Shown piece after piece: positions 20,361-31,535 of a DNA stretch of 64,000 nucleotides. Source of the stretch: Alphaproteobacteria bacterium (GTDB taxonomy: Bacteria; Pseudomonadota; Alphaproteobacteria; UBA6615); contig CBDFKJ010000008.1 of NCBI GenBank assembly GCA_965248805.1, forward strand, positions 316,209 through 380,208, given 5' to 3'. Position numbers and translations under genes: made by a program. The notes under the pieces were generated by a model. That model did not search any database. It was not told where the DNA came from and saw only the letters and a program-made list of their open reading frames with translations. How positions within the stretch are numbered: the first letter of the stretch is position 1; every line of letters begins with the position of its first letter.

Positions 20361-23300
20361 GTGTTTCTGACCGGCACGCAGGCGCTGGTGCGCCTGCCGA
20401 TGATGCAGCGCCAGCGCGACGCGGCGGCCGGCCTCGATACCGCATGTTTCGTTTCCGGCTATCGTGGCTCGCCCTTGGGCGGCCTCGATCGAGAGCTCTG
20501 GCGCGCCCAGCCCTTCCTCGACGACCATCACATCCACTTCCAGCCCGGCGTCAACGAGGACTTGGCCGCGACCGCAGTGTGGGGCAGCCAGCAAACCGAT
20601 ATGTCGCCGGGGTCGCGCTACGACGGCGTGTTTGCCATGTGGTACGGCAAGGGCCCCGGTGTCGACCGCTCCGGCGACGTCATCAAGCACGGCAATCTGG
20701 CCGGCTCATCGCGCCATGGCGGCGTGCTGTTGCTCGCCGGCGACGACCATTTGTGCAAGTCGTCGACGACGGCGCACCAGTCCGAATTCGCCTTCATCGA
20801 CGCCTCGGTCCCGGTTTTGCACCCGGCAGGCGTGCAGGAGGTCCTCGATTACGGCCTCTACGGCTGGGCGCTGTCGCGTTACAGCGGCTGCTGGGTGGCC
20901 TTCAAGCTGGTCACGGATCTGGTCGACAGCTCGGCCTCTGTCGCTGTCGATCCCGAGCGCGTCGGCATCGTCATGCCGGAGGATTTCGCGCCCCCCGCCG
21001 ACGGCCTCAATATTCGCTGGCCCGACAACGCCACCGATCAAGAGCACCGGTTGCGCAAGCACAAGCTCGAGGCTGCCCGGGCATTCGTTCGTGCCAACCG
21101 GCTGGACCGTGTCGTGCTCGACGCACCGCGCCGCTGCCTGGGCATCGTCACCACGGGCAAGCCCTATCTCGACGTACGCCAGGCCCTCGACGACCTGGGC
21201 ATCGATGAGGCGGAGGCGGCGTCGCTCGGTCTGGCGATCTACAAGGTCGCGATGCCGTGGCCGCTGGAGCCGGAGCGCGCGCGAGACTTCGCCCAGAGCG
21301 CCCAGGAGATCCTGGTCGTTGAGGAGAAGCGGTCGCTCATCGAGGCACAGCTCAAGGAGCAACTCTACCACCTGCCCGCCGACGCCAGGCCGCGCATCGT
21401 CGGCAAGCACGATGAGCGTGGCGCCGAATTGTTGTCGTCCACGGGCGAGCTCACGCCCGGCGGCATCGCGCGGGTGATCGTCCAGCGGCCGCAGCAATTC
21501 GCCCACGCCGCCGCCATCGAGCGTCGCCTCCTGAACCTCGACGTGCCACCGCCGCCGCCGGCGGCAAGCGTGCAGCGCGTGCCCTACTTCTGCTCCGGTT
21601 GTCCCCACAACGTGTCGACCCGCGTGCCCGATGGCAGCCGGGCCCTCGCCGGCATCGGCTGCCACTACATGGCGATGTGGATGGACCGCGCGACCGGGAC
21701 GTTCACCCATATGGGCGCCGAAGGCGTGAACTGGGTCGGGTTGGCGCCATTCACCGACGAGCCGCACGTGTTCGTCAATCTCGGCGACGGCACCTATTTC
21801 CACTCGGGCAGCCTGGCCATTCGTCAGGCCGTCGCCGCCGGCGTGTGTGCGACCTACAAGATCCTCTACAACGACGCGGTGGCGATGACCGGCGGCCAGC
21901 CGGTCGACGGCCAGTTGTCCGTGGCCCAGATCACGCAGCAACTCTATGCCGAAGGTGTGCGCCGCATCGCCGTGGTCGCCGAAGATCCCGGCCGATACAA
22001 TGCCCGCGCGGCTCTCGCTCCCGACGTCTCGGTGCACGACCGTGGCGACTTCGGCCAGGTACAGCGCGGGCTGCGCGACACGCAGGGCGTGTCGGTGTTG
22101 ATCTACGATCAGACCTGCGCCGCCGAGAAACGCCGCCGGCGCAAGCGCGGACTGATGGCGGATCCGCCCGTGCGCGCGGTGATCGACGAAGCGGTGTGCG
22201 AGGGCTGCGGCGATTGCTCGGTCAAGTCGAACTGCCTGTTCGTCGTGCCAATCGACACGCCGTATGGGCGCAAACGCGCCATTGATCAGCAGAGCTGCAA
22301 CAAGGACATGGCCTGCGTTGATGGTTTCTGTCCCAGCTTCGTGACCGTCCACGGCGGCAAGCTGCGCAAACCCCCGGTCGTGGATGCGGATTTCCCGCTC
22401 GACTTGCCCGAACCGGCGCTCGCGGCTTTCGACACGCCCTACGGCATACTGATCACCGGCATCGGCGGCACCGGCGTCGTCACCATCGGCGCGCTGCTCG
22501 GCATGGCGGCGCATCTGGAACACAAGGGGTGCACCGTGCTCGATATGACGGGCCTGGCGCAGAAAGGCGGCGCGGTGCTCAGCCATGTGCGCATTGCCAA
22601 CCGGCCCGAGGACATCCATGCCGCGCGGATCACGGCCGGAAGCGCGCACGTGCTGATCGCCTGCGATCTGGTGGTTGCGGCCAACGCCGACGCGCAAGCC
22701 AAACTGCATGCCGGTCTCACACGCGCGGTGGTCAACAGCCACCACGCCATTACCGGCGATTTCACCCGCGACCCGGACAAGGGCTTCCCCAACTCGGAAC
22801 TGGAGAGGACGGTGGCTGCCGCCGTTGGCCACGCCGACTTCCACGACGCGACGCGGCTGGCGCTGGCGCTGTGCGGCGACGCCATGGCATCGAACGTGCT
22901 GTTGCTCGGCGTCGCCTGGCAGAAGGGATTGTTGCCTTTGTCGCACGCGGCCATCGATCGCGCGGTCGAGCTGAACGGCGTGGCGGTGGAGCAAAACAAG
23001 CGCGCCTTCTTGTGGGGTCGGCGCATTGCGGTGGCGCCGGAGCGCGTCGCGGCGCTGATCGAAACTCCGGCGCAGGCGACGGACGAAAGCCTCGATGCCG
23101 TAATCGCCCGCCGCACCGGCTATTTGCGCGCCTATCAGGACGACGCTTACGCACGCAGTTACAACGAGCTGGTCGACGCCGCCCGCGAGGCCGAGGCGGC
23201 GCACGCCCCCGGCAACGGCGGCCTCGCCGACGCCATCGCGCGCAACTACTTCAAGCCGCTGGCCTATAAGGACGAATACGAGGTCGCGCGGCTGTACACC

Positions 23301-23749
23301 GACGGCACCTTCAAGCGTCGGGTCGCCGACCAGTTCGACGGCGACGTGAAGCTGCGGTTCCATCTGGCGCCGCCGCTGTTGGCGCGTCGCGATCCGGCGA
23401 CCGGGGTGCCGCGAAAGTCGAGCGATGGCGCCTGGATGATGACCGCGTTTCGTGCGCTGGCGCCGCTGAAACGCCTGCGCGGCACGCGCTTCGATCCTTT
23501 CGGATATACCGCCGAGCGGCGCGCCGAGCGCGCTCTGATCGCCGACTACGAGGCAGCCATCGGAGAAGTCCTGGGCGCGCTCACGCTCGACAATCACGCG
23601 CTGGCCGTAGATATCGCCAGCGTGCCCGAGCGCATTCGCGGCTTCGGCCACATCAAGATGGCGAACATCGCCAAAGATAAAGAGGCGCGAGGCCACGCTG
23701 CTAAGCGCATTTCGGCCGCCCCCCCGACGCCGTGGTCGCGGCCGAATAG
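20361..23749 (+). pseudogene. indolepyruvate ferredoxin oxidoreductase family protein with a frameshift near the 3' end
   Basis: SGYRGSPLGG, PYFCSGCPHN, CEGCGDC and AYKDEYEVARL. The likely native end ..AVVAAE* (TAG 23747-23749) is out of frame. Confidence 0.8.
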
Positions 23750-23870
23750 AGCCGTCCTGGCGCGAGAGCGCCAGCTTCCAGCTTGCCGCCCCCGCCCGAT
23801 TGTCGTTAGCTACCGGCAAGGCGCGCACGCGCGCGGCCAATCGACCACCCAACCGCGAAAGGGGGGAACA

Positions 23871-25460
23871 ATGCGTTTCACACCCATCACCACGGCATTC
23901 GTCGCCGCGACGCTGCTGGCCGGCATGGCCATGCCGGCACAGAGCCAATCCGTCCTGCGCATCGCCAACATGGGCGAGCCCGAGACCCTGGACCCGCATC
24001 ACGCCTCCGGCACCTGGGAAAACCGTATCCTCGGCGACATGTTCATCGGCCTGACGACCGAAGCCGCCGATGCGTCCGTCATACCGGGCGCGGCCGAGCG
24101 CTGGGACGTCAGCGAGGACGGCATCACCTATACGTTCACCCTGCGCGACCACGTGTGGTCGGACGGCACGCCGGTGACGGCGGACGATTTCGTGTTTTCG
24201 CTGCGGCGCATCCTGGCACCGGAAACAGCCGCCAAGTACGCGTCGATCCTCTATCCGATCAAGAATGCCGAGGCCCTGAACGGCGGCGAAATGACCGGCA
24301 TGGACAACCTTGGCGTGCGCGCGATCGATGCCAGGACCCTGGAGATCACGCTGGAGTCGCCGACACCGTATTTCGTCTCGCAGCTCACGCACTACACCGC
24401 TTGGCCGGTGCCCAAGCACGTGGTCGAGGCGCTGAGCGATGACTGGGTGAAACCGGGCAACATGGTCTCCAACGGTCCGTTCACGCTGGCCGAGTGGACG
24501 CCTAATAGCCAGATCCGCGTGGTCAAAAACCCCAGTTTCTATGACGCGGACAACGTGGCGCTGGATGAGGTCATCTACTACCCCGGCGAGGACCGCGCCG
24601 CCGCCCAGCAGCGCTTCCGCGCCGGCGAGGTCGACGTCTCGACCGACTTCGCGTCGGACCAGATCGAATGGCTGCGCGAAAACTTGGCGGCCGAGATCCG
24701 CATCGCTCCCTATCTCGGCATCTACTACTACCCGTTCAACACCGCCAAGCCGCCGTTCGACGACGTCCGCACACGTGTCGCGTTGTCGATGGTGGTGGAC
24801 CGTGCAGCGATTACCGACAAAGTTCTACGCACGGGCGAGGTACCCGCCTACAGCTTCGTGCCGCCGGGCACCGACAACTATGGCGGCGGCCCGTCCTACG
24901 TGACGTGGAAGGACCTGCCCTACGCCGAGCGCGTCGAGCAAGCCATGTCGTTGCTCGCCGAGGCCGGCTACGGTCCCAACAACCCGTTGGAAGTGACGCT
25001 GCGTTACAACACCTCGGAGAACCACAAGAAGATCGCCATCGCCGTGGCCTCGATGTGGAGCCAGATCGGCGTCAAGGCGGAGTTGTACAACTCCGAGGTC
25101 AGCGTTCATTACTCCGATCTGCAAGCCGGCAATTTCGAGGTCGCGCGCGCCGGTTGGATCGCCGACTACAACGACCCGCAGAACTTCCTGTTCCTGCTGC
25201 AGCAATCGACTGGGCCGCTGAACTACGGCAACTACAACAATGGCGAGTTCGAAAGCCTGATGCAGCAGGCGGCACAAACGATCGACTTGTCCGCCCGCGC
25301 CGGGTTGCTGGCACGCGCCGAAGCCATCGTCATGGAGGAACAGGCGACGCTGCCGATCTACTACTACGTTTCGAAGAACCTGGTCGGCCAGCACGTCAAG
25401 GGCTGGGCCGACAACACCAAGGATACGCATCGCCGTCGCTGGATAAGCATCGAGCGGTAG
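23871..25460 (+). CDS. oppA: peptide ABC transporter substrate-binding protein
   Basis: Own RBS and ATG, signal peptide, EPETLDP, WSDGTPVTADDF and GWIADYNDP. Confidence 0.9.
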   Translation: MRFTPITTAFVAATLLAGMAMPAQSQSVLRIANMGEPETLDPHHASGTWENRILGDMFIGLTTEAADASVIPGAAERWDVSEDGITYTFTLRDHVWSDGTPVTADDFVFSLRRILAPETAAKYASILYPIKNAEALNGGEMTGMDNLGVRAIDARTLEITLESPTPYFVSQLTHYTAWPVPKHVVEALSDDWVKPGNMVSNGPFTLAEWTPNSQIRVVKNPSFYDADNVALDEVIYYPGEDRAAAQQRFRAGEVDVSTDFASDQIEWLRENLAAEIRIAPYLGIYYYPFNTAKPPFDDVRTRVALSMVVDRAAITDKVLRTGEVPAYSFVPPGTDNYGGGPSYVTWKDLPYAERVEQAMSLLAEAGYGPNNPLEVTLRYNTSENHKKIAIAVASMWSQIGVKAELYNSEVSVHYSDLQAGNFEVARAGWIADYNDPQNFLFLLQQSTGPLNYGNYNNGEFESLMQQAAQTIDLSARAGLLARAEAIVMEEQATLPIYYYVSKNLVGQHVKGWADNTKDTHRRRWISIER

Positions 25461-25485
25461 CGGTCAGCCTTTCCTTGTCAGGTAG

Positions 25486-25521
25486 CGGGCCTCACCATCG
25501 ACGCAACGGTGGTGAGGCCCG
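25486..25521 (+). terminator. 15-bp GC-rich stem-loop between oppA and oppB (mRNA stabiliser or partial terminator)
   Basis: CGGGCCTCACCATCG-N6-CGGTGGTGAGGCCCG; no strong U-tract. Confidence 0.55.
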
Positions 25522-25566
25522 ACTGCTTATGGCCTCGGCAACCAAGAGCCTAGCGACTGGCGCGTC

Positions 25567-26487
25567 ATGACGCGCTACCTGCTCGGCCGTCTGCTCGCGG
25601 CAATCCCGATGCTGATGGTCATCATCACGATCGCGTTCTTCATGATGCGTGCGGCACCCGGCGGCCCGTTCGATCTCGAACGGGCCCTGCCGCCGCAAAT
25701 CGAGAAGAACATCAATGCCGTCTACAAGCTCGATCAACCGCTCGTGGTGCAGTATTTCGACTATCTGCTGTCGGTGCTGCGCGGCGATCTGGGGCCGTCC
25801 TTCAAGATCCGCGGCTTTACCGTCAATGAGCTGATCTTCCTGGGCCTGCCTGTCAGCTTCCGCCTGGGCGGCACGGCGATCCTGCTGGCGATCGTGTTCG
25901 GCATGAGCCTTGGGACGATCGCCGCGCTAAAACAGAACACACGCGTCGACTACGCGGTCATGGCCAGCGCCATGTCGGGTATCACGCTGCCGAACTTCGT
26001 CGTCGCGCCATTGCTGACACTGGTGTTCGGCGTCTACCTGAGCTGGCTGCCGGTGGCAGGATGGAGCGGAGAGATCCGTCACATGGTACTGCCGGTCATC
26101 GCCCTGGCACTGCCACAGATCGCCTACATCGCGCGCCTGACCCGCGGCAGCATGATCGAGGTGCTGCGCTCCAACTATATCCGCACCGCCCGCGCCAAGG
26201 GATTGCCGGAACGGCTGACAGTGTTTCGCCACGCGCTCAAAGGCGCACTGCTGCCGGTGGTCAGTTACCTGGGTCCGGCAACCGCCGGCCTCGTCACCGG
26301 ATCGGTGGTCATCGAGACCATCTTCGATATTCCCGGCGTCGGGAGGTACTTCGTCCACGGCGCGCTGAACCGGGACTACACGCTGGTGATGGGCACCGTC
26401 ATCGTCTACGGCTCGCTGATCATCCTGCTCAACCTGCTGGTCGATATGGCCTACGGCCTGCTCGATCCCAAGGTGCGTTACGAGTGA
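25567..26487 (+). CDS. oppB: oligopeptide ABC permease
   Basis: APGGPF, GDLGPS and YIRTARAKGL. Confidence 0.9.
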   Translation: MTRYLLGRLLAAIPMLMVIITIAFFMMRAAPGGPFDLERALPPQIEKNINAVYKLDQPLVVQYFDYLLSVLRGDLGPSFKIRGFTVNELIFLGLPVSFRLGGTAILLAIVFGMSLGTIAALKQNTRVDYAVMASAMSGITLPNFVVAPLLTLVFGVYLSWLPVAGWSGEIRHMVLPVIALALPQIAYIARLTRGSMIEVLRSNYIRTARAKGLPERLTVFRHALKGALLPVVSYLGPATAGLVTGSVVIETIFDIPGVGRYFVHGALNRDYTLVMGTVIVYGSLIILLNLLVDMAYGLLDPKVRYE

Positions 26488-27386
26488 TGGTCGGCGCGAC
26501 CTCAGGCATGGCCGCCCTGGAGTCCGTGGAGGCAATCAAGGGTCGCAGCCTGTGGAACGACGCCTGGCGGCGGCTGCTGCGGAACAAGGCCGCGGTCACC
26601 AGCGCCGTGATCCTGGCGGTCCTGGCCTTGCTCGCCTTGCTGGCGCCGGCACTGAGTCCGCACGCCTACGACCAAATCTATTGGGACTACATCCAACACG
26701 CGCCGACCTTCGAGAATGCCCACTGGTTCGGCACCGACGGCAATGGCCGCGACCTGTTCGTGCGCACGCTGTACGGCGCCCGGGTGTCGCTGATGGTCGG
26801 CATGCTGGCGACGGCGGTAAGCCTGATCATCGGCGTGAGCTGGGGTGCGACCGCCGGCTTCATCGGCGGCCGTATCGACAATCTAATGATGCGCTTCGTC
26901 GACATCATGTACTCGATGCCGTTCATGTTCTTCGTCATTCTGCTGGTCGTCGTCTTCGGCCGCTCGATCTTCCTGATTTTCATCGGCATCGGCGCCGTCG
27001 AGTGGCTGACCATGGCGCGGATCGTGCGCGGCCAGACTCTGTCGATCAAACAGAAGGAGTTTATCGAGGCGGCACGCGCCGCCGGTGTCACGACGCGTGG
27101 CATCATCGGCCGCCACATCATCCCCAACGCGCTGGGTCCGGTGGTCGTCTACGTGACCCTGACCATTCCGCAGGTGATCCTGGTCGAGAGCTTCCTGAGC
27201 TTCCTGGGCCTCGGCGTGCAGGAACCGCTCACAAGCTGGGGCGTGCTGATCTCCGAAGGCGCGGCGCGCATGGAGTCGGCGCCGTGGATGTTGATGTTTC
27301 CGGCGGCGTTTCTGGCCACCACGCTGTTCTGCCTGAACTTCATTGGCGACGGGCTGCGCGACGCACTGGATCCGAAGGACCGATGA
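26487..27386 (+). CDS. oppC: oligopeptide ABC permease
   Basis: HWFGTD.NGRD, EFIEAARA and GDGLRDALDP. Confidence 0.9.
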   Translation: MVGATSGMAALESVEAIKGRSLWNDAWRRLLRNKAAVTSAVILAVLALLALLAPALSPHAYDQIYWDYIQHAPTFENAHWFGTDGNGRDLFVRTLYGARVSLMVGMLATAVSLIIGVSWGATAGFIGGRIDNLMMRFVDIMYSMPFMFFVILLVVVFGRSIFLIFIGIGAVEWLTMARIVRGQTLSIKQKEFIEAARAAGVTTRGIIGRHIIPNALGPVVVYVTLTIPQVILVESFLSFLGLGVQEPLTSWGVLISEGAARMESAPWMLMFPAAFLATTLFCLNFIGDGLRDALDPKDR

Positions 27387-28387
27387 CCGCCCCTTTCGAT
27401 GACGGCGGGCAGCCGCACCGGCGCAATCTTCTCGACGTCACGGATCTGAACGTGCGTTTCGCCACGCCGGAGGGCGAGGTCGCGGCGGTCAGCGATCTGT
27501 CGTTCTCCGTCACCGGCGGTGAGTCGGTCGGCGTCGTCGGCGAGTCGGGTTCGGGCAAGAGCCAGGTGTTCATGGCGGTCATGGGATTGCTGGCCGCGAA
27601 CGGCGCGGCCCAAGGCAGCGTCACGTTCGACGGCCAGCAGATCCTTGGCCTCGCGCCCAAGCGCCTGAACGCCTTTCGCGGCGCCCGCATCGCCATGATC
27701 TTTCAGGACCCCATGACCTCGCTCAACCCCTTCCTGCGGGTCAGCCGACAGATGACCGAGGTTCTGGTCCAGCACCGCGGCATGAGCGAGACCGAGGCGC
27801 GCCGTCACGCGGTCGATGTGTTCGACCGGGTGCGCATTCCAGAAGCCGAGCGGCGCTTCGACATGTATCCGCACGAGTTCTCCGGCGGCATGCGCCAGCG
27901 GGTGATGATCGCCATGGCGCTGCTGTGCGAGCCGGAACTGCTGATCGCCGACGAGCCGACCACCGCGCTCGACGTTACTGTGCAGGCTCAAATCCTCGAC
28001 CTGCTGCGCGAACTGAAGCAAGAGATGGACACCGCGATCGTGATCATCACGCACGATCTGGGCGTTGTCGCCGGGCTGTGCGATCGCATCCTGGTGATGT
28101 ACGCCGGACGCATTGTCGAACATGGCGGCGTGCGCGACGTGTTCTATGATCCGCAGCATCCGTATGCGCACGGACTGCTGACATCCATGCCGCGCCTGGA
28201 TGATCGCGAGCATGGCGAGCTGCCAACCATCGCCGGCCAACCGCCAAATCTACAGGCATTGCCCGCCGGCTGCCCGTTTCAGCCTCGCTGCGACAGCGCC
28301 TTCGACCGCTGTGTCGGAGAGCGACCGAGCTTGAGTGCGTTCGCTCCGGGCCGTGCCAAGGCGTGCCACTTGGAGACGCCCCCTTGA
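27383..28387 (+). CDS. oppD: oligopeptide ABC ATPase
   Basis: [20 protein letters not shown] and DEPTTALD. Confidence 0.9.
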   Translation: MTAPFDDGGQPHRRNLLDVTDLNVRFATPEGEVAAVSDLSFSVTGGESVGVVGESGSGKSQVFMAVMGLLAANGAAQGSVTFDGQQILGLAPKRLNAFRGARIAMIFQDPMTSLNPFLRVSRQMTEVLVQHRGMSETEARRHAVDVFDRVRIPEAERRFDMYPHEFSGGMRQRVMIAMALLCEPELLIADEPTTALDVTVQAQILDLLRELKQEMDTAIVIITHDLGVVAGLCDRILVMYAGRIVEHGGVRDVFYDPQHPYAHGLLTSMPRLDDREHGELPTIAGQPPNLQALPAGCPFQPRCDSAFDRCVGERPSLSAFAPGRAKACHLETPP

Positions 28388-29373
28388 GCGCGCCGCCGCT
28401 GCTGTCGATCCGCGATCTGAAGGTGCACTTTCCGCTGCGCGCCGGCGGCCTCTTACGCCCGCGCTACGTTACGCTGAAGGCGGTCGACGGCGTCAGCTTC
28501 GACCTGGCCGCCGGCGAGGCACTGGGCATCGTCGGCGAATCCGGCTGCGGCAAATCGACGCTGGCGCGCGCCGTGCTGAAGCTGATCCCGCCCAGCGCCG
28601 GCCGTATCGTCTGGCTCGGCGAGGATTTGACGCCGCTGGACGACGCGGCGATGCGCCCGCATCGCCGCGACATGCAGGTCGTGTTCCAGGACCCGCTGGC
28701 CAGCCTCGATCCGCGCATGACCGTCGGCGACATCATCGCCGAGCCGCTGCGCAGCCTGCGGCCCGAAACGCCGAAGTCGGTAGTGCGCGAGCGTGTGCGT
28801 ACGATGCTGGATACCGTCGGGCTGACGCCGGAAATGATCAACCGCTATCCGCACGAGTTCTCGGGCGGCCAGTGCCAACGCATCGGCATCGCCCGCGCCA
28901 TGGTGGTCGAGCCGCGGTTGATCATTTGCGACGAGCCGGTCTCGGCGCTCGATGTCTCGATCCAGGCGCAGATCATCAACCTGCTGCAACGCCTGCAGCG
29001 CGAGTTCGGCTTGGCGCTGATCTTCATCAGCCACGACCTGTCGATCGTGCGCCACGTCAGCCAGCGCGTGATGGTGCTGTATCTGGGCAAGGTGATGGAG
29101 CTGGCCGACCGCGACGACCTCTACACCGCACCGCGCCACCCCTACACCAGGGCGTTGATCGCCGCGGTGCCGTTGCCCGATCCCGACCGTGAACGGCAAA
29201 AGCCCAAGTTGACCCTGGTCGGCGACCTGCCCTCGCCGATCGACCCGCCCTCCGGTTGCCCCTTCCGCACCCGCTGCGCACAGGCGGACGACCTATGCGC
29301 GCGCGAGATGCCGGCGTTGGAGGATGACCACGGCCACCTCACGGCCTGCCATCATTGGCGGTCGCAGTCGTAG
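28384..29373 (+). CDS. oppF: oligopeptide ABC ATPase
   Basis: GESGCGKST, SGGQCQR and DEPVSALD; start is 28363 or 28384. Confidence 0.9.
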   Translation: MSAPPLLSIRDLKVHFPLRAGGLLRPRYVTLKAVDGVSFDLAAGEALGIVGESGCGKSTLARAVLKLIPPSAGRIVWLGEDLTPLDDAAMRPHRRDMQVVFQDPLASLDPRMTVGDIIAEPLRSLRPETPKSVVRERVRTMLDTVGLTPEMINRYPHEFSGGQCQRIGIARAMVVEPRLIICDEPVSALDVSIQAQIINLLQRLQREFGLALIFISHDLSIVRHVSQRVMVLYLGKVMELADRDDLYTAPRHPYTRALIAAVPLPDPDRERQKPKLTLVGDLPSPIDPPSGCPFRTRCAQADDLCAREMPALEDDHGHLTACHHWRSQS

Positions 29374-29375
29374 CC

Positions 29376-29618
29376 CTACATCCCGATGGCGTGTTGGTAC
29401 GTCTCCAGCAGTGCTTCCTGCTGCTGGCGTTCGACGCTGTCGAGTTTTCGCAGGCGCACCAGTTGGCGCATGGTCTTGGTGTCGAAGCCCACAGACTTGG
29501 CCTCGGCATAGACCTCGCGGATGTCGGCGGTGATGCCGCTGCGATCCTCCTCAAGTCGCTCGATTCGCTCGATGAATGTGCGCAGGCGCTCGCCTGCAAT
29601 TCCGCCCGCGTCGGGCAT
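29376..29618 (-). CDS. DUF2312 / GapR-like nucleoid protein
   Basis: LRTFIERIERLEE...DIREVYAEAK..GFD. Confidence 0.85.
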   Translation of the reverse strand: MPDAGGIAGERLRTFIERIERLEEDRSGITADIREVYAEAKSVGFDTKTMRQLVRLRKLDSVERQQQEALLETYQHAIGM

Positions 29619-29873
29619 TGCCGCACCTCTTGTTCTTTGGCAGCCGGGGGTACGTTCACGTTAGCCTCGCGCGCCCCCGAGTGGCAAGCGCGCCGGATGA
29701 CGTTATTCCACAGCGCCGCCATCGCCCCTATCCCGGGCTGAGGAAATCACCCAGAATCGCCGTCGCGCCGGCCAATCCGCCGGCGTTCTCATCTCGGCCA
29801 CCAATCTTTGCCGGTTTTTGCGGCCGCGCAACGGGCGCCGTTGGCACTTTGGCGGCGTCGTCCGCGCTCGCCG

Positions 29874-30188
29874 CTAGTCGTCGGGCTTGTTGCGCTCGAA
29901 ATCGGCCAGCTGCGCAGCCGAGGCCTCGCTTTGGTTTTGCGCCTTCCACTGTGCATACGGCATGCCGTACACAATCTCTCGCGCCGCCTCGTAGTCGATG
30001 TCCATGCCTTTATCTTCCGCCGCAGCGCGATACCACTTCGACAAGCAATTGCGGCAGAATCCGGCCAGGTTCATCATGTCGATGTTCTGAACGTCGGCCC
30101 GTTCGCGCAGATGCGCGACCAACCGGCGGAATGCCGCCGCCTCCAGCTCCGTCCGTGTCGTTTCATCCATCATCAGCTCCATTGCCAC
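29874..30188 (-). CDS. DUF1244 domain protein
   Basis: DVQNIDMMNLAGFCRNCLSKWY and YGMPY..WK. Confidence 0.85.
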   Translation of the reverse strand: MAMELMMDETTRTELEAAAFRRLVAHLRERADVQNIDMMNLAGFCRNCLSKWYRAAAEDKGMDIDYEAAREIVYGMPYAQWKAQNQSEASAAQLADFERNKPDD

Positions 30189-30281
30189 GCTGCAGCACCA
30201 TATTTAAGCCAGTGGGCGGGAAACGAAAGCGAGCGTTGATGCTCCCGACGCGCGTGCCTACAACCACGGCAGGAGCCGACC

Positions 30282-31283
30282 TTGGGCCAGCATACGTTTT
30301 TCTGCATTGACGGGCACACATGCGGCAATCCGGTGCGCGTAGTCGCTGCCGGCGCCCCGCCTTTGCTCGGCGCCACGATGAGCGAGCGCCGCCAGCACTT
30401 CCTGGCGCATTTCGACTGGATCCGGACAGGGCTGATGTTCGAACCGCGCGGCCACGACATGATGTCGGGTGCGATCCTCTATCCGCCGACGCGCGACGAT
30501 TGCGACGTTGCGGTGCTCTTTATCGAGACCACGGGCTTTCTGCCCATGTGCGGCCATGGGACGATCGGCACCGTGACGATTGCCGTCGAGCGCGGGCTGG
30601 TGACGCCCAAGACCGACGGCGTACTCCGTCTGGACACACCGGCGGGACGGGTCGACGCCCACTATCGCCGCGACGGCGACCGCGTAACGTCCGTGCGGTT
30701 CACCAATGTCGCCAGCTTCGTCGCCGCGCGCGGCGTGACGGCAGCGTGCCCAGATTTGGGCGAGATCGAGGTCGATATCGCCTATGGCGGCAATTTCTAC
30801 GCCATCGTCGAGCCGCAGGCGAACTACGCAGACATGGCCGATGCCAGTCCCGGCGATCTGCTGCGCTGGAGCCCGGTGCTACGCCAACGCCTCGATCAAG
30901 CCGTGAACATCCGCCATCCCGAGGACCCGACCATCAAGGGCGTAACCCACATCCTGTGGACCGGCCGCGCGCGCTGCACCGACGCTGACGCCCGCAACGC
31001 GGTGTTCTATGGCAGCAACGCCATCGACCGCTCACCCTGCGGCACCGGCACGTCGGCACGCATGGCGCAGTTGCATGCGCGCGGCGCGCTTGCAGTGGGC
31101 GCGCCGTTCGTCCATGAGAGCATTATCGGCAGCTTGTTCACCGGGCGGGTCGAAGCGGAAACCGAAGTCGCCGGCCAACCGGCCGTCGTGCCATCGGTCG
31201 AAGGCTGGGCACACTTGACGGGATACAACACGATTATCATCGACGACCGTGACCCCTACGCGCACGGATTTCAGGTGGTTTAG
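30282..31283 (+). CDS. 4-hydroxyproline epimerase (proline racemase family)
   Basis: DGHTCGNP, MCGHGTIG and DRSPCGTGTSA catalytic Cys pair. Confidence 0.9.
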   Translation: MGQHTFFCIDGHTCGNPVRVVAAGAPPLLGATMSERRQHFLAHFDWIRTGLMFEPRGHDMMSGAILYPPTRDDCDVAVLFIETTGFLPMCGHGTIGTVTIAVERGLVTPKTDGVLRLDTPAGRVDAHYRRDGDRVTSVRFTNVASFVAARGVTAACPDLGEIEVDIAYGGNFYAIVEPQANYADMADASPGDLLRWSPVLRQRLDQAVNIRHPEDPTIKGVTHILWTGRARCTDADARNAVFYGSNAIDRSPCGTGTSARMAQLHARGALAVGAPFVHESIIGSLFTGRVEAETEVAGQPAVVPSVEGWAHLTGYNTIIIDDRDPYAHGFQVV

Positions 31284-31535
31284 AGAGGGGACACCTTCCG
31301 CAATTCGTCACAGCCTATCAGAGCTACGTTCGCAGGACAGTCGTTCCGCGTAAGTTCAACACGGACCCGAAACGGATACGAGCTTTGGACATACAAGGAG
31401 CTGTTGCACAACGCCCGCGTTGGCATAATCTCCCGAATTCAACCGTAAGTAGGGCCAGCCATACAGCACTTGCCAACGGTATTGCGCCTACTGAAGGCGG
31501 CACGGATAGTGCTGGCTCAATTGAGGCAGACGGAC

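Noticed and set aside
20706-24419. 1237-aa minus-strand ORF, and similar long ORFs at 21-1721, 14311-16176 and 16686-18761
   Set aside because: Antisense to clearly identifiable genes.
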